From: Coleofasciculus chthonoplastes F2-STO-03
GTDB taxonomy: Bacteria > Cyanobacteriota > Cyanobacteriia > Cyanobacteriales > Coleofasciculaceae
DNA: 64,000 nucleotides
Assembly: GCA_040222015.1 (NCBI GenBank)
Contig: JAVJWO010000195.1
Span: forward strand, 1-64,000
Reading direction: 5' to 3'
Positions 58,515-64,000 of the stretch are shown piece after piece. The translations under genes and the position numbers were made by a program. The number at the start of each line of letters is the position of its first letter. The stretch's first letter is position 1. Below the pieces are notes generated by a model. It was given only the letters and a program-made list of their open reading frames with translations. It was not told the origin of the DNA and searched no databases.

Positions 58515-59126
58515 CTAATTGCTAGCCAAAGCCGCATTTAACAAAATAGCCAGAACAGAACGAATTGCTCGCAGTTCTTCTGGCGGTTCCCGTAAAAACT
58601 CGAAACTACTAGCATTAATTAAAGCATTATAAGCATCCACAACAGCCACAAACTGAGCCGGATTAACATTACCCCCTGCTGTCAATCCCGCTAGGCTAGT
58701 GGCTAGATTTTGGGCAAGGGTTGGATTTGCCCCAGCATTAACAAGGGAATTTTGAATTTGACTCATCCCTGCATCAACGTTACCCGTTCCCGTCAAAACC
58801 TGGGCAAAGTTTTGCTGAACTGATGCGGGAATGGGAGACGTATCATTACCAACACCGGGCAAATTTCGTTGGGCAAGTCGTTCATTTACGAAATCCGCTA
58901 CCTCGAACACATCCTCTCGTATCTGAGGTGTTTCATACACGAGAATGAGTTCACCACCTCGACTTGGAGCAAAAGCACCACCCGCTATATCGCTAGTGGT
59001 AATAATATTGCCCGTAACATCTGATAGGACAGGCTGGGCTTGGCTCGATGTTGTCATCGATAAAATTCCTGCTACTCCCACAGCTAAACCTAGTCCTAAC
59101 TGAAATGCTAAATGTCTCTTTTTCAT
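58515..59126 (-). CDS. Hypothetical secreted protein
   Basis: Signal peptide ending SQA; AVVDAYNALINAS..FL..PPEEL C-terminal motif; AGGAG RBS. Confidence 0.8.
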   Translation of the reverse strand: MKKRHLAFQLGLGLAVGVAGILSMTTSSQAQPVLSDVTGNIITTSDIAGGAFAPSRGGELILVYETPQIREDVFEVADFVNERLAQRNLPGVGNDTSPIPASVQQNFAQVLTGTGNVDAGMSQIQNSLVNAGANPTLAQNLATSLAGLTAGGNVNPAQFVAVVDAYNALINASSFEFLREPPEELRAIRSVLAILLNAALASN

Positions 59127-59217
59127 TCGTCTTCTCCTTATATAACTGACTTGAGTAATGGGTATCGCATTGCTATGCCCCTACGCCAAGAATTGGAGGT
59201 GAATCAATCTACACGCT

Positions 59218-60906
59218 TTAGAACGATAGCCCATAACCAATCCCCAAAATGAACCGAGGGTCATCGCCAGCATTACCCGTCACATCAGCTACAGCCGGGG
59301 TAATTACCAGAGGAACACCCTGAATTGGCACAATTGAAGCGCCTAAATATAAATCTTGACCCGTCCAATCGGCAATTAAGGTAATGGGTTCTACAACTTG
59401 TAAACCAACGCTACCAAATACATTCGTCGAACCCTCTTTATCCTCAATATCATTTTCGGAGCGGAAGCGCCCCCCACCGAGACCAACAGAAGCAGTTAGG
59501 CGACTAAAGGGATCACTGGGATTTTCCCGCAAACGGAAGACTTTACTGACAACTCCATAAACACTTTGGTCACCATCGGTATTGCCCCAAACAATGGCAT
59601 TCTCCACACCAACTGCCACAGCGAGATCATCACCAATTAAGCGGTGAAGTTTGAAGCTAACTCCGCCATCTTCAAAGGTATCGCCAAATAAGTCATAAAT
59701 GGAAACAGCGGTTTCTAGAGCAACGATTTTCTTAGCATCACCGACGCCAAAACCGACAACAACAGCACCATCGTCTTCATCGAAAAACCGCACTTGCTCT
59801 TGATAGGTAGCACCGAAGAATATATTTCCCGTTTGAGCGCCAAAGGCTGTAGGAGTATTAATACTGGAACCCCCGCGTACAATCCGACGCAATTGCTCTT
59901 CCACAGGTGGTGCTGGTAAGAGATACTGCCGTCGCAAAGCAGCAACTTGTTCCGGTGTCGGTGGTGGTGGTTCTTGGGCAATGGGTTCATACCCCACAAT
60001 GTAACGGCTTGCCACAGTGGTGGGCGGGATTTGGGGTAATTGCCCTTGGCTGACTAATGCTTGGTAAATAAAGGCAGCTACATCGGCACGAGTGGCCGTC
60101 TGATTCGGATTCAAGAACGCCACATTCGGGTAATTCACTACCATCTGGTTTACCGTTGCTGCCGCGATGCTAGTCTGCGCCCAGTCCGGAATTTGAGCGG
60201 CATCCTGAAAGGCTTGATTTAATAGGGCTGTGCTTTGAGCGGGAGCCGATAAATCCAATCCACTGACTAATGCCACTAGCACTTGCACACGGGGGATATT
60301 TTGATCCGGAAGGAAAATATTATTGGGATATCCTTCCATAAATCCCATGCGATATGCTTCTTGAATCGCATCCAATGCCCAGAAGTTAGCTGGGATATCC
60401 GAAAACTGAGTGGCTGGACGTTCCAAGGGTTGCTCAAACGCCTGACGAATCATCGCCGCAAACTGAGCGCGGGTGACTGGGGCGTTAGGTCGAAATGTCC
60501 CATCGGGAAATCCCTGGATGATTCCCCGTGCAGCTAGGGCTTGGATAAAGGCTTGCGCCCAATTGTCTTGAATATCTGGAAAGGTTGTGGCTTGAACGAT
60601 TTGCCTGCCACGACTAGGCGTCGATGTCGGTGCTGTTTGTGCGGGTTGAGTTGTATTTGGGGCAGAGTTTTGGGGGCGCAGGGCATCAGCCCCCAGCATA
60701 TTATTTAGGAGTGATTCTCCTAATGAGTCTTTTTGATTAGCTTGTGGGTTGGTTTGGGCTTGGGCAATACTCTGAGGACTGGCTATGTTAGCTGCCACAC
60801 TGAGTAAGGTGCTGCCCACCACTGAACCAATGACTATATATCCCCAATGGTGCATAGTTTTGCCGATTGGCTGGAAACAACCCTTAAACCTATATCTCCT
60901 CATCAC
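59218..60906 (-). CDS. S-layer homology (3x SLH) protein with probable C-terminal outer-membrane beta-barrel
   Basis: FPDI..NWA, GFPDGTFRPNAPVTRAQFA, GYPNNIFLP, ATRADVAAFIYQAL; amphipathic strands ending ILGIGYGLSF. Confidence 0.85.
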   Translation of the reverse strand: MMRRYRFKGCFQPIGKTMHHWGYIVIGSVVGSTLLSVAANIASPQSIAQAQTNPQANQKDSLGESLLNNMLGADALRPQNSAPNTTQPAQTAPTSTPSRGRQIVQATTFPDIQDNWAQAFIQALAARGIIQGFPDGTFRPNAPVTRAQFAAMIRQAFEQPLERPATQFSDIPANFWALDAIQEAYRMGFMEGYPNNIFLPDQNIPRVQVLVALVSGLDLSAPAQSTALLNQAFQDAAQIPDWAQTSIAAATVNQMVVNYPNVAFLNPNQTATRADVAAFIYQALVSQGQLPQIPPTTVASRYIVGYEPIAQEPPPPTPEQVAALRRQYLLPAPPVEEQLRRIVRGGSSINTPTAFGAQTGNIFFGATYQEQVRFFDEDDGAVVVGFGVGDAKKIVALETAVSIYDLFGDTFEDGGVSFKLHRLIGDDLAVAVGVENAIVWGNTDGDQSVYGVVSKVFRLRENPSDPFSRLTASVGLGGGRFRSENDIEDKEGSTNVFGSVGLQVVEPITLIADWTGQDLYLGASIVPIQGVPLVITPAVADVTGNAGDDPRFILGIGYGLSF

Positions 60907-61195
60907 TTTTGCTATGCTCCCGAAGCTGAGTTGTTATCTCAAAGGTACATGAGTTTTGCTGATTAATGCCTTAATTTATCTAAAAAATTGCCGTGGATAC
61001 TTCTGTTATGACCCAACAGGGTTTAAAGGAAGTCTCTGTTCCAATGCACAACAGGCACTAAAATGTCAAGTCCTACTGATGACTAATTTCGCTTTTATCC
61101 CGTGTGAACCTTTAGGTTTATTTAATGGTAATTTAACAATAGTAGCTGGCTTCGGCTAGTATGGCTGCTTTTGGGTTAAACGATACATATAGTTA

Positions 61196-61320
61196 GGGGC
61201 TGCTGAATAAGTTTTGTGGTGAGGGGAGGGAACTGCTTAACAGGGAACTGCTTAACAGGGAACTGCTTAACAGGGAACTGTTTCAAGCCTCTGTTGAGAG
61301 AAAATTCGGCGTTTAGGTTG
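61196..61320 (+). mobile_element. Truncated copy of the IS5-like MITE with internal (AGGGAACTGCTTAAC)n repeats
   Basis: GGGGCTGCTGAATAAG..TTTCAAGCCTCTGTTGAG..AAATTCGGCG shared with 58217-58320. Confidence 0.65.
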
Positions 61321-61457
61321 AATGTCACTGACTGGTAGGCTGGTGGGCAATGCCCACCCTACGGCACATCAAAGGTTTTGGCTATATCACAATGCTTATT
61401 TCAGTGCCATTCAGTGTAGGTTGGCTTGCAATGCCAGGGTGAGAAATCCCCGTTCGT

Positions 61458-62696
61458 TCACGCCAGGGAGGATGTCAAAGAGATAGGTAGCTCAATCCGA
61501 AACTCTGTATCTTTACCGGGTTCTGAGAAACATTGGATTGAGCCTTTATGCTGTCCGACAATAATTTGGTAACTAATGGCTAGTCCTAAACCAGTACCCA
61601 TACCAATGGGTTTAGTAGTGAAAAAGGGATCAAATATGCGAGCTTTAATGTCTGAGGTGATATGAGACCCGTTATTGGCAATGCGAATCATAACACGCTC
61701 GTTTTCTAATTGTTCTGTCCAGAGAATAATCCGAGCGGGTATTGTATGCGGTTCTTCTCTGATAGCATCAATGGCGTTGTTCAGAATATTCAGAAACACT
61801 TGATTTAACTGACAAGCATAACATTCGACTAAGGGTAAGTTGCCGTAGTCTTTGACTACCTCAATATTCAATTCGGGTTGATTCGATTTTAAGCGATAGT
61901 GCAACATCAATAAGGTGTTGTCAAGTTCTTGATTAATATCAACCGATTGCAAACCAGAACGGTTTTGCCGGGAAAACTCTTGTAGAGAAAGAACCATCTT
62001 CTGGATGCGTTGGGTTCCTCGGCGCATTGATGATAAAACTTTCGGCAAGTCGTCAATGAGAAAGTTCAGATCGACGGTTTCAATTTTGTCAATAACATCG
62101 CGGGGAGGGTTGGGGGTGATTCCTTGGTAGAGATTGAGGAGTTCAATTAAGTCTTGGGTGTAGCGTTCAGCGTAACTGAGGTTACTGTAGATAAATGTGA
62201 CGGGGTTGTTGAGTTCATGGGCTAAGCCGGCGATAAGCTGCCATAAGCTTGCCATTTTTTCCGTTTGCACTAATTGTGCCTGAGTTTGTTGTAATTGTCG
62301 CAGGGCTTGACTTAACTGTTGAGTTAATTGGCGCGATCGCAGCCCCGCCCTAACCCGTGCCAATAACTCTTCGACATCAATAGGTTTGGAGATAAACTCA
62401 TCAGCACCTGCATCTAAGCCTTGAACGCGATCGGTAATTTGATCGCGCATGGTGAGCAAAATTATAAACGTGGTTGCCAATTCTGGATCAGCTTTCACTT
62501 GCCGACAGACTTCTAGTCCATCCAGACGAGGCATAATCCAATCACATATCATCAAATCGGGATAGAGCAATTTGACCTGGAGTAGGGCTTCTTCTCCGTT
62601 TGGGGCGATCGCGACGTCGTGATTTTGACTCGTGAGTAGATTTTTCAGCACAAGCTGAACCGTCAAATCATCATCAACCACTAAAATTTTCGCCAT
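61458..62696 (-). CDS. Hybrid response regulator - histidine kinase
   Basis: REC (ILVVDDD, CDWIMP, SKP); [26 protein letters not shown]. Confidence 0.92.
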   Translation of the reverse strand: MAKILVVDDDLTVQLVLKNLLTSQNHDVAIAPNGEEALLQVKLLYPDLMICDWIMPRLDGLEVCRQVKADPELATTFIILLTMRDQITDRVQGLDAGADEFISKPIDVEELLARVRAGLRSRQLTQQLSQALRQLQQTQAQLVQTEKMASLWQLIAGLAHELNNPVTFIYSNLSYAERYTQDLIELLNLYQGITPNPPRDVIDKIETVDLNFLIDDLPKVLSSMRRGTQRIQKMVLSLQEFSRQNRSGLQSVDINQELDNTLLMLHYRLKSNQPELNIEVVKDYGNLPLVECYACQLNQVFLNILNNAIDAIREEPHTIPARIILWTEQLENERVMIRIANNGSHITSDIKARIFDPFFTTKPIGMGTGLGLAISYQIIVGQHKGSIQCFSEPGKDTEFRIELPISLTSSLA

Positions 62697-62719
62697 AGCT
62701 GATTAACCGCAATTCTACA

Positions 62720-63094
62720 TCAGGGGAATTCTTGGGAAAGATATGATTTTACCCCTAACCTCTGGCTTTCGAGTGCAACAACCAGATCCGCCGCATTGGA
62801 CAAATACTCGGCTTTTGCCTGACGCTCCAATTCAGTCGCGATCGCGTGGAGAGATGAAACACCCACATTAGCCGCCGCTCCTTTGAGCTGATGGGCGCAT
62901 CTGGCGACAGTTGGATAATCATTGACAGCTTCAGCTTGTTTAATCGCTTCTAAGTTAACGCGAATGACCTCCAGCAAGGCGGCGAGCAGCTCACCTTTTA
63001 ACTCCACTTCACCTAGACTTACTTCCTCTAAGCGATCAAAGTCGATCTCGATAGCGTTGGTAGAATTGCTCGGTGAAAAATTCGATTCAGACAA
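62720..63094 (-). CDS. Hpt (histidine phosphotransfer) domain protein
   Basis: AHQLKGAAANVG..L...A..LE; TTG start. Confidence 0.85.
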   Translation of the reverse strand: MSESNFSPSNSTNAIEIDFDRLEEVSLGEVELKGELLAALLEVIRVNLEAIKQAEAVNDYPTVARCAHQLKGAAANVGVSSLHAIATELERQAKAEYLSNAADLVVALESQRLGVKSYLSQEFP

Positions 63095-63245
63095 AAAGCT
63101 TCTATTCCGATTTTTATTGGGCAGTAGATAATTATAGCCTGATCATGAACGGATCACGCTGGTGGTTCAGTGGAAATGCAGGGAAGCCGAAGGACTCCAT
63201 GTGCAGGGGACGGAGCGAAGTCTCGTAGTTTACCTGCAAACTGAG

Positions 63246-63311
63246 TAGGGGCGGGTTTTGCACAAATGTTACCATCAATAGCCCACAGAAAATCCCCAAA
63301 CCCGCCCCTAC
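63246..63311. repeat. GTAG REP palindrome
   Basis: GTAGGGGCGGGTTTT...AAACCCGCCCCTAC. Confidence 0.85.
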
Positions 63312-63340
63312 AAGTATCACGAATCACCTTTTCCCCTTAG

Positions 63341-64000
63341 ATTCCCGACGCCTTAATTAAATCGGTCGGGGATTGAGTCGGGACGTGAATCTAACTGTTA
63401 ATGACTAAACCATGATTTGCCAGCAATTTCTAGATTTTTCTGGAAATATCTCCTCTTGTGTGGTAGGATATTGAGTGATTTATCAAACACTAACATTAAG
63501 ATATGCCACGCCGAGGGAAGCGTCTCAAGTCCTCCAAGTCTCTCCAAAAACACTGCGAAACTGGGACAGAGACGGCGAGAACCGAACAATTAGAACTCCT
63601 GCGGGTCATCGACGGTACGATATCGATTCCGTCGTCAATCCAGAGGGCGATACAAGAATCAGAGTCCTCTATGCCAGAGTTAGCTCATACAAACAAAAGT
63701 CAGAGATGGTGCGACAAGCCGACTACCTGCAATCCCTGTTCACAAACGGAAAGCTTATCAAAGAAGTCGGCTCAGGACTCAACTACAAGCGCAAAGGACT
63801 TCTTTCCCTTTTGGGACAAGTTTTGTCAGGAAACGTCAGAGAAGTTGTGGTCTCGATCAAAGACCGACTTGTCAGGTTCGGTCTTGACCTTATCGAATGG
63901 CTCTGTCAACAAAAAGATTGCTTCCTCGTGGTTCTCAACCGAAGTGACTTGTCTAATGAGCGAGAAATGGTTGAAGATATCCTTGCCATCGTCCATGTCT
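63341..64000 (+). mobile_element. Left part of an insertion sequence carrying an IS607-type transposase (continues beyond window)
   Basis: Hairpin TCCCGAC...GTCGGGA after TTAG, followed by a serine-recombinase ORF. Confidence 0.75.
63475..64000 (+). CDS. tnpA: IS607-family transposase (MerR-like HTH + serine recombinase), partial; not in ORF track
   Basis: Manual translation YATPREASQVLQVSPKTLRNWD..RTPAGHRRY..LYARVSS.KQ..EVGSGLNYKRKG..KDRLVRFG..EMVEDILAIVHV; GTG start at 63475 uncertain. Confidence 0.9.
   Translation, partial: MIYQTLTLRYATPREASQVLQVSPKTLRNWDRDGENRTIRTPAGHRRYDIDSVVNPEGDTRIRVLYARVSSYKQKSEMVRQADYLQSLFTNGKLIKEVGSGLNYKRKGLLSLLGQVLSGNVREVVVSIKDRLVRFGLDLIEWLCQQKDCFLVVLNRSDLSNEREMVEDILAIVHV

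Noticed and set aside
63398..63589. 63-aa minus-strand ORF
   Set aside because: Antisense shadow of the IS607 transposase and its upstream region
1..64000. Frequent GCGATCGC octamers; rRNA/tRNA genes; numerous short overlapping ORFs
   Set aside because: GCGATCGC is the known HIP1 signature; no rRNA or tRNA was recognised by eye; short ORFs overlap well-supported genes

Overview
This 64-kb window is from a filamentous cyanobacterial chromosome (Oscillatoriales/Coleofasciculus-like by inference). The evidence is dense HIP1 octamers (GCGATCGC), heptamer STRR tracts, GTAG-type REP palindromes and the photosystem genes psbV, psbV2, psbX and ycf66. Most of the window is housekeeping or envelope genes: a GDP-mannose pyrophosphorylase, two LCP proteins, an ABC-2 pair, deoC-recO-MFS-dgdA, a split RND efflux pair, recF, a P-type ATPase, a TpsB, a TPS-LamG-CHAT exoprotein, accD, an SLH protein and two-component genes. 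The most unusual region is 3.4-10.4 kb. There, three tandem ~510-bp, highly base-paired units (probably minus-strand RNAs, each with a conserved 25-codon ORF) lie divergent from a wHTH / P-loop ATPase / DUF1802-PD-(D/E)XK nuclease operon, which converges on a TIR-TM gene. I read this as a candidate defence locus, possibly RNA-associated. Other highlights: a cytoplasmic UrtA/AmiC-GAF-histidine kinase behind a canonical NtcA promoter; a 229-bp IS200/IS605-derived mini-element that looks like a stand-alone omega-RNA cassette inserted in a REP; nested MITEs; intergenic repeats fixed in-frame inside the CHAT gene; and an IS607-type resolvase running off the right edge. No rRNA, tRNA or CRISPR array was seen. 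All domain calls come from motif reading, not database searches.
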